DNA of 64,000 bases from a phage. Under the pieces are notes generated by a model, which saw nothing but the letters and a program-made list of their open reading frames with translations, searched no databases and was not told where the DNA came from. The DNA lies in the sequence record PZ445134.1; one strand, given 5' to 3'. A program made the translations under genes and the position numbers. This document shows positions 55,501 to 64,000 of the stretch, one piece after another. Position 1 is the first letter of the stretch; the number at the start of each line of letters is the position of its first letter.

Positions 55501-56389
55501 AGTATTTGAAGCGGGTGACGAAACCGGATACCATTTCTATTCTCAGCGCGCTGCTGATAATAGAGTATCATTTAATATTAATGGAACACTTTATTCAACA
55601 GGTATTGTTTCTACAAATGGATTAAATGTTACAGGTGTTTCTACCTTTACCGGGCCTATTAGTGCTACAGGCGAAATTGTTTCTAGTTCTCCTATTGCAT
55701 TCAGAGCTATTAACGGTAACTATGGTGTTATGCTTTATAATGCTGGTAACAGTTCTTATATTGCATTAACTAACTCAGGTGACCAGACCGGGACGTTTAA
55801 TAACTTACGCCCGATCACGATTAACAATGCCACAGGATTAGTTCGTCTTGACAACGGCGTTCAAATCACAAGTGGTGCAACAATAACTACCGGTGGGTTA
55901 ACTGTAAATAACAGAATTATTTCTAACGGCGTTAAAACTGCCACTGTTTATACCGATAAACCAACAGCTTCTACTGTAGGTTTTTGGTCTATTGACATTA
56001 ACGATTCTGCTGTATATAGCCAATTCCCTGGATACTGGACGCGTGATAACAAAGGTAACCGTGACCAAGAAATTAAATATCCTGGTACTTTGACTCAATT
56101 TGGTAATAGCTTAGATTCGCTTTATCAGGATTGGATTTGTTATCCTACAGGTGCAAATGGTGGTAGTATTCGTTATACTCGTACCTGGCAGAAAAATAAA
56201 GATGCTTGGACTTCATTTGCAATGGTATTTGATAGTGGCAACCCACCTTCACCTAGCGATGTCGGTGCTATCCCATCTGATAATGCTGTTATTGGAAACC
56301 TTACTATTCGAGACTTCTTACAATTAGGAAATGTGAGAATTGTTCCGGACCCGGTTAACAAAACAGTTAAATTTATATGGGTTGAATAA
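52556..56389 (+). CDS. 34: long tail fibre proximal subunit
   Basis: 1277 aa; internal tandem sequence repeats; T4 gp34 size and position. Confidence 0.93.
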   Translation: MVDIKRKFRAEDGLDAGGDKIVNVALADRTVGTDGVNVDFLVQENTVQNYDETRAYTKDFIVLYDNRFYQALSDIPAPAGPFSLAKWKATRTDAEWITVQGGDFQLSVGNSIAVDTSAGTDINFTLPQNPLDGDTVILSDIGGRVGYVKVQITAAAQSIVNFRGQQVRSVLMTHPKSKMVFIFSNRLWQMYVSDYERNAVTVTPAKPYQAQPNDFIIRHFTSAAPINITLPRNANNGDIINLVDLDKLNPLYHTIVKTYDDTTSIREAGVHVAEGRNTAEAFFVYDSANSLWRVWEGDQKSRLRIVRNDTDLRPNEEVLVFGTDNNTISTVNLTLPTDILSGDTVKISLNYMRKGQTVKIKAAEGDTIASSISLLQFPKRSEYPPDAQWVSVSELEFNGDTSYVPVLELSYIEDYSSETKYWVVQQNTVTVERVDASSNNTRARLGVIALASQEQANVDLENAPGKELAITPETLANRTATETRRGIARIATTAQVNQNTDFAFQDDLIISPKKLNERTATETRRGVAEVATQAETNAGTDDTTIITPKKLDARQGSEVLSGIVKYTSTTGTTAATIRGNAGTNVYNKAVDNLTISPKALDQYKATPTQQGAVILAIESEVIAGESQAGWANAVVTPETLHKKTSTDGRIGLIEIATQAETNTGTDYTRAVTPKTLNDRKATEGLSGIAEIATQVEFDTGTDDTRISSPLKIKTHFDSSDRTSVNSDSGLIEEGTLWNHYTLDISKANETQRGTLRVATQAESNAGTLDDVLITPKKLLGTKSTETSEGVIKVATQAETVTGTSANTAVSPKNLKWIVQSEPSWTATTAIRGFVKTSSGSITFVGDDTQGNTQDLNLYEKNSYAISPYELNRVLANYLPLKAKAADSNLLDGLDSLQFIRRDIDQTVNGSLSFTKQTNLSAPLVSTSTASFGSEASVTRRLTLNDSSGSEIIFTKGTQSLSNKENFVVRAWGNSATDGARDTVFEAGDETGYHFYSQRAADNRVSFNINGTLYSTGIVSTNGLNVTGVSTFTGPISATGEIVSSSPIAFRAINGNYGVMLYNAGNSSYIALTNSGDQTGTFNNLRPITINNATGLVRLDNGVQITSGATITTGGLTVNNRIISNGVKTATVYTDKPTASTVGFWSIDINDSAVYSQFPGYWTRDNKGNRDQEIKYPGTLTQFGNSLDSLYQDWICYPTGANGGSIRYTRTWQKNKDAWTSFAMVFDSGNPPSPSDVGAIPSDNAVIGNLTIRDFLQLGNVRIVPDPVNKTVKFIWVE
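53940..54960 (+). repeat. imperfect tandem coding repeats inside gene 34 (about 8 copies of a roughly 40-aa motif)
   Basis: protein repeats of the form T-x-E-x-x-x-G-(I/V)-x-x-(I/V)-A-T-Q-A-E-x-N-x-G-T-D-x-x-x-x-(I/V)-(T/S)-P-K-x-L. Confidence 0.7.
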
Positions 56390-56397
56390 GAGGTTAT

Positions 56398-57522
56398 ATG
56401 GAAAAATTTATGGCAAGGTTTGGACAGGGATACGTCCAAACGCCGTTTTTATCGGAAAGCAATTCAGTTAGATTTAAGCTAAGTATAGCGGGTTCATGCC
56501 CGCTTTCAACAACTAATCCGTATATTTTGTTCCAAAACGAGCCTTTAGGGTTGCAGTCTTTTGGTATTGGACTAAATGTTAGGGTGATAAATCCGGAAAA
56601 TGGAACTATAGTTGATAGTAAATTATACAATTTTGCGCCTACAAATAATGCAACTTCAGCTGCATTTATTTCGTTTGTTAATACATACGCAGATAATTTC
56701 ATTTTCGCATTTATTTCTAATAACAAATTTAATTTGCCGCCGGAAATAATTGAATGGTTTAAAGCTGCTGGGAGTTCAGTTATACCGTCAATTGAAGTTG
56801 CTAGTCTTGTTGATATTTCATATTCAGCGTTTTATGTTTCAGGTAAAAATACTATTGCATTAGAACACATAAAATACAGTAATAAGAAAACAATTTCTGA
56901 TTACGCAACTCCATTAGATATTGTATATGACTCTATTGCTGATATAGGTGCTACCGGCTATCCTAGACGTACATATGAAGCTCTAGAAACGTTTTTATCT
57001 CATGTTGGAAGAACTAACAATGAAATAAAAAGGATGCCTACATCATCCCTTGTTACTCCTATCGCAAACTATGGATTAAAGCCTACAGATTTTCTTTATT
57101 TGAAATTTCAATTAATGGCTGATGAAGAATTATTAGAGGAAGGAACCACAAGACTTTCAATTCGTTTCTTTAAGTCTCCATCTAGCTCTCCTATATCATC
57201 TAAAGATATAAACTTTGATGGAACTGCCGGGGAGTGGAAGCTATATGAAGAATACGTTGAAATACCAGCTGAAGCTGATGGCTTTACAGTATATTGTTAC
57301 CGTACGGCCTCAGTCGGTCAAGGTGGACTAAGAAATGTTATTTTCACTGAAGTATCATGTAACGGAAGTATAGCAAAACCAGCCGAGTTTGGTATAAACG
57401 GTATTCGTGTTAATTACATTGATGAATCATTAACCGGTAATGATATAATGGACTTGCCTACTCAGTTATCTAACGACACAGGTAAGGTATTTGGGCAGGA
57501 ATTTAAAGAGTACACAGAATAA
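56398..57522 (+). CDS. 35: long tail fibre hinge connector
   Basis: 374 aa, T4 gp35 size and position. Confidence 0.88.
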   Translation: MEKFMARFGQGYVQTPFLSESNSVRFKLSIAGSCPLSTTNPYILFQNEPLGLQSFGIGLNVRVINPENGTIVDSKLYNFAPTNNATSAAFISFVNTYADNFIFAFISNNKFNLPPEIIEWFKAAGSSVIPSIEVASLVDISYSAFYVSGKNTIALEHIKYSNKKTISDYATPLDIVYDSIADIGATGYPRRTYEALETFLSHVGRTNNEIKRMPTSSLVTPIANYGLKPTDFLYLKFQLMADEELLEEGTTRLSIRFFKSPSSSPISSKDINFDGTAGEWKLYEEYVEIPAEADGFTVYCYRTASVGQGGLRNVIFTEVSCNGSIAKPAEFGINGIRVNYIDESLTGNDIMDLPTQLSNDTGKVFGQEFKEYTE

Positions 57523-57523
57523 A

Positions 57524-57539
57524 GGAGGCTTCGGTCTCC
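57524..57539 (+). terminator. UUCG-tetraloop hairpin downstream of gene 35
   Basis: ggaggcttcggtctcc (one G-U pair) followed by ttttcg. Confidence 0.45.
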
Positions 57540-57547
57540 TTTTCGCG

Positions 57548-57555
57548 TATAAATA
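57548..57555 (+). promoter_or_regulatory. late promoter TATAAATA for gene 36
   Basis: exact TATAAATA 27 nt upstream of the ATG. Confidence 0.6.
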
Positions 57556-57581
57556 CTTTAATATTAATAAGGAGACACGAA

Positions 57582-58238
57582 ATGGCCGATTTAAAAGCCG
57601 GAAGTACAGTTGGTGGTTCCGTCATATGGCATCAAGGCAATTTTCCTTTAATGCCAGCTGGCGATGACATCCTATATAAAACATTTAAATTATACACCGA
57701 ATATAACAAGCCAAAAGCGGCTGATAACGATTTCGTATCTAAAGCAAACGGTGGGACATATCTCAAAAAGGTAATCTTTAACGAAGGTGTTGCAGTCAAA
57801 ACAACAGATGACCAAACGAATGGTATTTTTTCTGGTGGTGGTGACGCCGCGACATTCGACCAAACAAACATGGATATTGTTTCGTGGTATGGTATTGGGT
57901 TTAAATCATCTCAAGGTACAGGTGAAAGAACTGTTGTAATTGATACTCGCACCGGTAATATAAGTTCTAAAGGCGTTATTGAAGCATCTCAATTCAGAGC
58001 CACAACGTTAGCACCTTTAAATAATTACGACCTTACTCGCAAAGATTATGTTGATAGTCAAATAAATACAGTTAATGCTAATGCAAACAGTCGTGTACTC
58101 CGTTCAGGAGATACGATGACCGGCGCGCTAACCGCCCCAAACTTTTTCTCACAGAATCCTGCATCTCAACCCTCGCATGTTCCACGATTTGACCAAATTG
58201 TTATTAAGGATTCTGTTCAAGATTTCGGCTATTATTAA
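57582..58238 (+). CDS. 36: long tail fibre distal connector
   Basis: 218 aa, T4 gp36 size and position. Confidence 0.88.
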   Translation: MADLKAGSTVGGSVIWHQGNFPLMPAGDDILYKTFKLYTEYNKPKAADNDFVSKANGGTYLKKVIFNEGVAVKTTDDQTNGIFSGGGDAATFDQTNMDIVSWYGIGFKSSQGTGERTVVIDTRTGNISSKGVIEASQFRATTLAPLNNYDLTRKDYVDSQINTVNANANSRVLRSGDTMTGALTAPNFFSQNPASQPSHVPRFDQIVIKDSVQDFGYY

Positions 58239-58246
58239 GAGGACTT

Positions 58247-61200
58247 ATGGCTACTTTAAAACAAATACAATTTAAAAGAAGCAAAACTGCAGGAGCACGT
58301 CCTGCTGCTTCAGTATTAGCCGAAGGTGAATTGGCTATAAACTTAAAAGACCGTGTACTTTTTACTAAAGATGACCAAGGAAATATTATTGATCTGGGTT
58401 TTGCTAAAGGTGGTAGTATTGACGGGAATGTTATTCATACTGGCAATTATAACCAAACTGGCGATTATACTTTAAATGGAACCTTCACTCAGACAGGTAA
58501 TTTTAATTTAACTGGTATTGCTCGAGTAACTCGCGATATTATTGCCGCCGGGCAGATTATGACCGAAGGCGGAGAACTTATTACAAAAAGTTCAGGTACA
58601 TCACATGTTCGTTTTTTCGATGGCAATAGCCGCGAACGTGGCATTATCTTTTCGCCAAATAATGCTGGAGCGACCACTCAGGTAGTTAATATTCGCGTAC
58701 AAGATTATGCCGCTGATAGCGAAAGCATTTATGCGTTTTCAGGCAACGGTGTATTTTCTTCACCTGAAGTATCGGCACGGAAATCTATTTCGTCTCCACA
58801 AATTCTGACCAATAAAGTTATTACAGATGGGAAGAAGACAGGCGATTATGATATCTATTCATTAGCAAATAACACTCCATTGGCAGAAAGCGAAACGGCT
58901 ATTAACCACCTCCGCGTTATGCGAAATGCCGTAGGATCTGGTATATTCCATGAAGTTAAAGATAACTACGGGATAACCTGGTACGCCGGTGACGGGTTAG
59001 ATGCCTATCTTTGGTCGTTTACCTGGTCCGGTGGATTGAAAGCAGGCCATTCTGTTTCTATAGGTCTTCCAGGTGGCTCTAAAGGATACTCTGAACTAGG
59101 GACTGCTTCGATTGCTCTTGGTGATAATGATACCGGATTTAAATGGCATCAGGACGGATATTTTCATACAGTAAACAACGGAACAAGAACTTTCGTTTAC
59201 GGTCCTGCGGAAACACAAAGCCTTAGAAAAATGGTTATGGGTTATTCTCCGGATGGGATTCTTATGACAACGCCACCGACAGAAAACTATGCATTAGCCA
59301 CTGTTGTTACTTACCATGATAATAACGCGTTTGGAGATGGTCAGACTCTTTTGGGATATTATCAAGGCGGTAACTATCATCATTATTTCCGCGGCAAGGG
59401 TACCACAAACATTAATACTCATGGCGGTTTGTTAGTTACTCCAGGTAATATTGATGTTATTGGCGGTTCTGTTAATATTGATGGTCGTAATAATGCTTCT
59501 ACGCTGATGTTTAGAGGTAACACAACTGGTAGCAGTTCAGTTGATAATATGACAATTTCTGTATGGGGTAATACGTTTACTAATCCTAGTGTAGGTAATC
59601 GTAAAAATGTCATGGAAATTTCTGACGCAACTAGCTGGATGAGTTATATTCAAAGACTTACTACCGGTGAAGTAGAAATGAACGTCAATGGTTCATTTGA
59701 ATCATCCGGTGTTACTGCTGGAAATAGAGGAGTTCACACAACAGGCGAAATTTCATCTGGAGCAGTTAATGCGCTTCGCATTTGGAATGCAGATTATGGA
59801 GCCATTTTTAGACGTTCAGAAGGCAGTCTTCATATTATTCCAACTGCTTACGGTGAAGGTAAACATGGCGATATCGGTCCACTTCGCCCGTTTAGTATGG
59901 CTTTAGATACTGGTAAAGTTACTATTCCAGATTTACAATCAAGTTACAATACGTTTGCTGCTAACGGTTATATTAAATTTGTTGGTCATGGAGCGGGTGC
60001 CGGCGGTTATGACATTCAATATGTTCAAGCAGCTCCTATTTTCCAGGAAATTGATGATGATGCTATAAGCAAATATTATCCTATTGTTAAACAGAAGTTT
60101 TTAAACGGCAAAGCTGTTTGGTCTTTAGGTACTGAAATTAATTCGGGTACATTCGTTATTCATCATCTGAAAGAAGATGGTTCACAAGGCCATACGTCTC
60201 GTTTTAATCAAGACGGTACTGTTAACTTCCCAGATAACGTTTCTGTCGGCGGTGGTGAAGCTACTATTGCTCGCAATGGTAATATCTGGTCTGATATCTG
60301 GAAAACGTTTACTTCAGCAGGCGACGTAACTAATATTCGCGATGCAATAGCTACTCGTGTTGCTAAAGAAGGCGATACGATGACCGGCACTCTTTGGATT
60401 AATAAAGATGCTGCCGGAATAGTTCTTAATCCTCCTTTGGCTAGTGATTCGTCATTTATTCGTTCTGATACGGCCGGGGCCAATAATTGGTATATTGGTA
60501 AAGGCGGTGCCGACAATGGTCTAGGTTTTTACAGTTACATTACACAAGGCGGTGTATACATAACAAATAACGGCGAAATATCGCTTTCTCCTCAAGGTCA
60601 AGGAACATTTAATTTTAATAGAGACCGCCTTCATATAAACGGTACACAATGGGTTGCGCATAAATCTGGCGCCTGGGGTGACCAATGGGGTTTAGAAGCT
60701 CCTATATTTGTAGATTTTGGATCCGTCAGCAATGACTGCTATTATCCTATTATTAAAGGAAAATCTGGTATTACTAACGAAGGATATTTTTCCGGCGTAG
60801 ATTTTGGTATGCGACGCATTACTAATAACTGGGCACAAGGTATTATTCGTGTAGGTAACCAGGAAAATGGCCATGACCCACAAGCTATATATGAATTCCA
60901 TCATAACGGCACTTTTTATTCTCCTAACATGGTTAAAACCGGCGCAAGACTATCAGCTGGTGGTGGTGACCCGGTATGGACTGGACCATGTCTTGTTATT
61001 GGTGATAATGACACTGGCTTAGTATGGGGTGGCGACGGTCGAATAAATATGGTTGCCAATGGTATACATATTGCAAACTGGGGAGCAGGCTATCAATCTC
61101 ATCCTGGGCTTTGGGATTCAACCGGCGCTTTTTGGACAGAAACTGGAAGAGCTATCGTTTCTCATGGGCATCTCGTTCAGGCAAATGATAGTTATTCAAC

Positions 61201-61561
61201 GTATGTCCGTGATGTTTATGTCCGTTCTGATATTCGCGTTAAAAAAGACCTTGTTAAATTTGAAAATGCTTCTCAGAAGCTTTCTAAAATTAACGGTTAC
61301 ACTTATATGCAGAAGCGAGGCCTAGATGAAGAAGGCAATCAGAAATGGGAACCTAACGCAGGTTTGATAGCTCAAGAAGTTCAAGCTATTTTACCTGAAT
61401 TAGTTGAAGGTGACACTGATGGCGAAGCTTTACTTCGTTTGAACTATAACGGTGTAATTGGTTTAAATACAGCTGCAATCAATGAGCATACTGCAGAAAT
61501 TGCAGAACTTAAGTCAGAGATTGAAGAGCTTAAAAAATTAGTTAAATCATTGTTAAAATAA
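58247..61561 (+). CDS. 37: long tail fibre distal subunit with C-terminal intramolecular chaperone-like domain
   Basis: 1104 aa; C-terminal SDIRVKKDL ... coiled-coil tail resembles auto-cleaving tail-fibre chaperone domains. Confidence 0.9.
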   Translation: MATLKQIQFKRSKTAGARPAASVLAEGELAINLKDRVLFTKDDQGNIIDLGFAKGGSIDGNVIHTGNYNQTGDYTLNGTFTQTGNFNLTGIARVTRDIIAAGQIMTEGGELITKSSGTSHVRFFDGNSRERGIIFSPNNAGATTQVVNIRVQDYAADSESIYAFSGNGVFSSPEVSARKSISSPQILTNKVITDGKKTGDYDIYSLANNTPLAESETAINHLRVMRNAVGSGIFHEVKDNYGITWYAGDGLDAYLWSFTWSGGLKAGHSVSIGLPGGSKGYSELGTASIALGDNDTGFKWHQDGYFHTVNNGTRTFVYGPAETQSLRKMVMGYSPDGILMTTPPTENYALATVVTYHDNNAFGDGQTLLGYYQGGNYHHYFRGKGTTNINTHGGLLVTPGNIDVIGGSVNIDGRNNASTLMFRGNTTGSSSVDNMTISVWGNTFTNPSVGNRKNVMEISDATSWMSYIQRLTTGEVEMNVNGSFESSGVTAGNRGVHTTGEISSGAVNALRIWNADYGAIFRRSEGSLHIIPTAYGEGKHGDIGPLRPFSMALDTGKVTIPDLQSSYNTFAANGYIKFVGHGAGAGGYDIQYVQAAPIFQEIDDDAISKYYPIVKQKFLNGKAVWSLGTEINSGTFVIHHLKEDGSQGHTSRFNQDGTVNFPDNVSVGGGEATIARNGNIWSDIWKTFTSAGDVTNIRDAIATRVAKEGDTMTGTLWINKDAAGIVLNPPLASDSSFIRSDTAGANNWYIGKGGADNGLGFYSYITQGGVYITNNGEISLSPQGQGTFNFNRDRLHINGTQWVAHKSGAWGDQWGLEAPIFVDFGSVSNDCYYPIIKGKSGITNEGYFSGVDFGMRRITNNWAQGIIRVGNQENGHDPQAIYEFHHNGTFYSPNMVKTGARLSAGGGDPVWTGPCLVIGDNDTGLVWGGDGRINMVANGIHIANWGAGYQSHPGLWDSTGAFWTETGRAIVSHGHLVQANDSYSTYVRDVYVRSDIRVKKDLVKFENASQKLSKINGYTYMQKRGLDEEGNQKWEPNAGLIAQEVQAILPELVEGDTDGEALLRLNYNGVIGLNTAAINEHTAEIAELKSEIEELKKLVKSLLK

Positions 61562-61565
61562 TAGA

Positions 61566-61579
61566 GGGGCTTCGGCCCC
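61566..61579 (+). terminator. UUCG-tetraloop hairpin between genes 37 and 38, no U-tract; may be an RNA stability element
   Basis: ggggcttcggcccc immediately before the GGAGG Shine-Dalgarno of gene 38. Confidence 0.35.
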
Positions 61580-61591
61580 TTGGAGGTTTAT

Positions 61592-62365
61592 ATGGCAGTT
61601 GAAGGACCGTGGGTAGGATGGTCTGCAAGGGTACAGACTGGAGATCCTTGGATGGGTGGTGCCGCACAGAGATTAAGAATGGGCATTCCGTTCTGGATGA
61701 GTAATATGATAGGTCGATCTGTTGAAGTAATTCACACACTTGGAGCAGACCATAACTTCAATGGTCAATGGTTCCGAGATAGATGTTTTGAGGCAGGCAG
61801 TGCACCTATAGTGTTTAATATCACTGGAAATTTAGTATCATATAGTAAAGATGTTCCATTATTCTTTATGTATGGCGATACACCAAATGAATATGTTACT
61901 TTGAATATTCATGGTGGTGTTCATATGTGGGGCCGAGGTGGTAATGGTAGCGTAAATGGAAGCCCAGGCACAAATGGCGGCGATGTAATCCAAAATGATA
62001 TCGGCGGAAGACTTCGTATTTGGAACTACGGCGTTATTGCATCAGGTGGCGGTGGCGGTGGTGCAGTGTCGTTAAAGAATAGCTGGCCTGCAAATTCTAC
62101 AGCAGGTGGCGGTGGTGGTAGACCATTTGGCATCGGCGGTGGCGGCGTTAATTGGCCTGGTGGTAATGCTAGTTATGACGGTCCAGGTGGTGGTGGTGGT
62201 ACAAGTCAATATGGCGGTGGGCGTGGCGGTGATGCTGGAGGTTGGGGCGGAGATGGATGGGGTAAGAACTTGTCCAGATCTGGCGGTGGTGCTCCTGGCA
62301 GAGCAGTATTCGGAAGTTCACCGTCATGGGGTGCTACAGGCACAATCTACGGCTCCTGGATTTAA
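61592..62365 (+). CDS. 38: receptor-recognising adhesin, T2-type gp38 with glycine-rich motifs
   Basis: 257 aa from [10 protein letters not shown]; conserved N-terminal domain then several poly-Gly blocks flanking short variable segments. Confidence 0.88.
   Translation: MAVEGPWVGWSARVQTGDPWMGGAAQRLRMGIPFWMSNMIGRSVEVIHTLGADHNFNGQWFRDRCFEAGSAPIVFNITGNLVSYSKDVPLFFMYGDTPNEYVTLNIHGGVHMWGRGGNGSVNGSPGTNGGDVIQNDIGGRLRIWNYGVIASGGGGGGAVSLKNSWPANSTAGGGGGRPFGIGGGGVNWPGGNASYDGPGGGGGTSQYGGGRGGDAGGWGGDGWGKNLSRSGGGAPGRAVFGSSPSWGATGTIYGSWI
62040..62260 (+). repeat. glycine-codon repeats (GGTGGCGGTGG...) encoding the glycine-rich motifs of gp38
   Basis: repeated ggtggcggtggtgg blocks read directly in sequence. 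Confidence 0.8.
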
Positions 62366-62383
62366 ACGATAATACCTCTCAAT

Positions 62384-62391
62384 TATAAATA
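62384..62391 (+). promoter_or_regulatory. late promoter TATAAATA for holin gene t
   Basis: exact TATAAATA 20 nt upstream of the ATG at 62411. Confidence 0.55.
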
Positions 62392-62410
62392 TTGATAAAT
62401 GGGAGGTAAT

Positions 62411-63070
62411 ATGGCAGCACCAAAAGTATCATTTTCGCCTAGTGATATTTTATTTGGGTTGCTAGACCGCATTTTCAAAGATAACGCCTCTGGAAATATT
62501 CTTATTTCAAGAGTTGCTGTTGTAGTTCTTTTGTTCCTAATGGCACTAATATGGTACAAAGGGAATATTTTTATGGATTATTACGTGAGGTCTAAATATG
62601 ATACTTACACAGAAGTAATTCAAAAAGAAAGAAATACACGATTTGAATCTGCGGCTTTAGAGCAACTACAAATAGTCCACGTCACATCAAGGGCGGATTT
62701 TAGTTCGGTGTATTCTTTCAGACCTAAAAATCTAAATTATTTCGTCGACCTTATTGCGTATGAAGGTAAGTTACCTAGCACAGTAACTGAAAAATCTATG
62801 GGAGGATTTCCTGTTGATAAAACGACAGCAGAATATTCAGTCCATTTAAGTGGACTTCACTTTACTTCTAAAACAGATTTTGCTTTCTTACCTACCAAAT
62901 CAAAAACTCCGGAACTGGCGTATATGTATAGTTGTCCTTACTTCAATTTGGATAACATATATGCTGGAACTGTTTCTATGTATTGGTATAAGGGGTCGGA
63001 TGTGTTAAATGAAGAACGCTTGGCTGCAATATGCAACCAAGCAGCAAGGATATTAGGGCGGGCTAAATAA
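62411..63070 (+). CDS. t: holin T
   Basis: 219 aa from MAAPKVSFSPSDILFGLLDRIFKDN; single transmembrane segment and large periplasmic domain; C-terminus ...AARILGRAK. Confidence 0.92.
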   Translation: MAAPKVSFSPSDILFGLLDRIFKDNASGNILISRVAVVVLLFLMALIWYKGNIFMDYYVRSKYDTYTEVIQKERNTRFESAALEQLQIVHVTSRADFSSVYSFRPKNLNYFVDLIAYEGKLPSTVTEKSMGGFPVDKTTAEYSVHLSGLHFTSKTDFAFLPTKSKTPELAYMYSCPYFNLDNIYAGTVSMYWYKGSDVLNEERLAAICNQAARILGRAK

Positions 63071-63343
63071 TTAGTTGTTAGAATACATCGTCAAATGGCG
63101 ATAAATATTTTCAAAACCTTCATTGAATTCACTAATCAGTGTTTTCTTTTCTTCGGCAGTTAAATTTGTAATTAGTTTTCTGAACGAATTCTGATTTAGC
63201 TGCCGACCATCTTTTTTAATTCCAATCTCATTCAAGAATCCGATGAAATTTGCTCGGTCTTCAACAATATCTTCCCTCGAGAATTTAATCAAAATAGAAG
63301 CAACCGTAATAATTTCACGTACAATTTCAATATCTTTATTCAT
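63071..63343 (-). CDS. asiA: anti-sigma70 factor AsiA
   Basis: 90 aa; MNKDIEIVREIITVASILIKFSREDIVE... recognisably T4 AsiA. Confidence 0.9.
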   Translation of the reverse strand: MNKDIEIVREIITVASILIKFSREDIVEDRANFIGFLNEIGIKKDGRQLNQNSFRKLITNLTAEEKKTLISEFNEGFENIYRHLTMYSNN

Positions 63344-63389
63344 AACGTTTTATTCATTCCATTTTGTTGATATGAGTATAGTACCATTA

Positions 63390-63551
63390 TCAGTGTTGAT
63401 TGTAAACAGCTTTTTCTACACTTTTAACGTAATCAGTGTAGTCTTCCTGTTCATACGAGTGTAAGGCCAAGAACGTGGCTAATAGTTCATTATAGACTAA
63501 AGCCTCACGCTCACGTTCTGCCTCTACTACGTTCTGAAGATTATGGCTCAT
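63390..63551 (-). CDS. hypothetical early protein
   Basis: 53-aa ORF from MSHNLQNVVEAE, 11-nt overlap with the upstream ORF. Confidence 0.4.
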   Translation of the reverse strand: MSHNLQNVVEAEREREALVYNELLATFLALHSYEQEDYTDYVKSVEKAVYNQH

Positions 63552-63840
63552 ATCGTTCCTTATAACTATCAATGTAGTCCTGTATGTCAAAGAATGACAT
63601 TTCATATTCTAGGGCATTAAGAGCCCGTTCTTCAGTATAGTCAGAACCAAATACGATAGTGATTTCACCAGGCTTCATATGATTGAAATCGACACTAAAA
63701 GGAATACGAGAACATACTTCGTCTGCCATATCTGCAACAACACTACGATACACTTCTCGGTTAACCTGATAAAGCTCTGAGAGTTCTTCACAACGAATAA
63801 CAAGTTCAGTGGCAGGTTTTTCTTTGATTTTAGTAAACAT
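63541..63840 (-). CDS. hypothetical early protein
   Basis: 99-aa acidic ORF from MFTKIKEKPATELV; identity uncertain. Confidence 0.45.
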   Translation of the reverse strand: MFTKIKEKPATELVIRCEELSELYQVNREVYRSVVADMADEVCSRIPFSVDFNHMKPGEITIVFGSDYTEERALNALEYEMSFFDIQDYIDSYKERYEP

Positions 63841-64000
63841 AGTCTTTACCCTTATGTTTTTGTTTGCGTTTAGATTGAAGTTCTGATTTCTTCTTGTCCT
63901 TATGAACAGAAGCCTTATTGAAATCATGTTTTGCTACAAGATTGTTCATAATGCTTTATAACCTCATTTAGACATTTATCGGTAAAAGAAAACTTTTTAG

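Noticed and set aside
62040-62260. GGTGGCGGTGG repeats considered as a possible CRISPR array or VNTR
   Set aside because: The repeats are in frame within gene 38 and encode the poly-Gly motifs of the adhesin; there is no repeat-spacer periodicity and no cas genes.
62106-62372. 88-aa + strand ORF in an alternative frame inside gene 38
   Set aside because: It is a frame-shifted reading of the glycine-codon repeats (Val/Ala-rich artefact) and is fully overlapped by the recognisable gp38 adhesin.

Overview
This window reads as a contiguous segment of a T4-like (Tevenvirinae) myophage genome, collinear with the T4 map from gene 16 to asiA. Calls rest on my recognition of protein sequences in the supplied ORF track plus motifs read directly from the DNA; no database search was run. 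The + strand carries the late structural modules: terminase 16/17, tail sheath and tube 18/19, portal 20, head genes 67-68-21-22-23-24, baseplate hub 51-27-28-29-48-54, long tail fibre 34-35-36-37, adhesin 38 and holin t. The - strand carries early/middle genes: rnlB, hoc, inh, uvsY, 25/26, alt, DNA ligase 30 and the 30.x ORFs, rIII, 31, cd, pseT, a spanin pair, alc, rnlA, denA, nrdB, nrdA, td, frd, 32, 59, 33, dsbA, rnh and asiA. The DNA shows T4-type late promoters (TATAAATA), sigma70-like early promoters (GTTTAC / TATAGTA-type -10) upstream of - strand genes, and many strand-specific UUCG-tetraloop hairpins. Departures from the canonical T4 layout are: (1) a 330-aa class-I DAHP synthase (AroG/F/H-like, catalytic residues intact) between cd and pseT; (2) a perfect 77-bp tandem duplication across the pseT 3' end; (3) two free-standing GIY-YIG homing-endonuclease genes; (4) apparently intron-less td and nrdB; (5) a T2-type receptor module (gene 37 with a C-terminal chaperone-like domain plus a glycine-rich gp38 adhesin); (6) a Shine-Dalgarno sequence separated from the denA start by a UUCG hairpin. 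I found no tRNA, rRNA or CRISPR array, and I did not find a clearly novel multi-gene system; the DAHP synthase and the clusters of small early ORFs are the best candidates for new biology.
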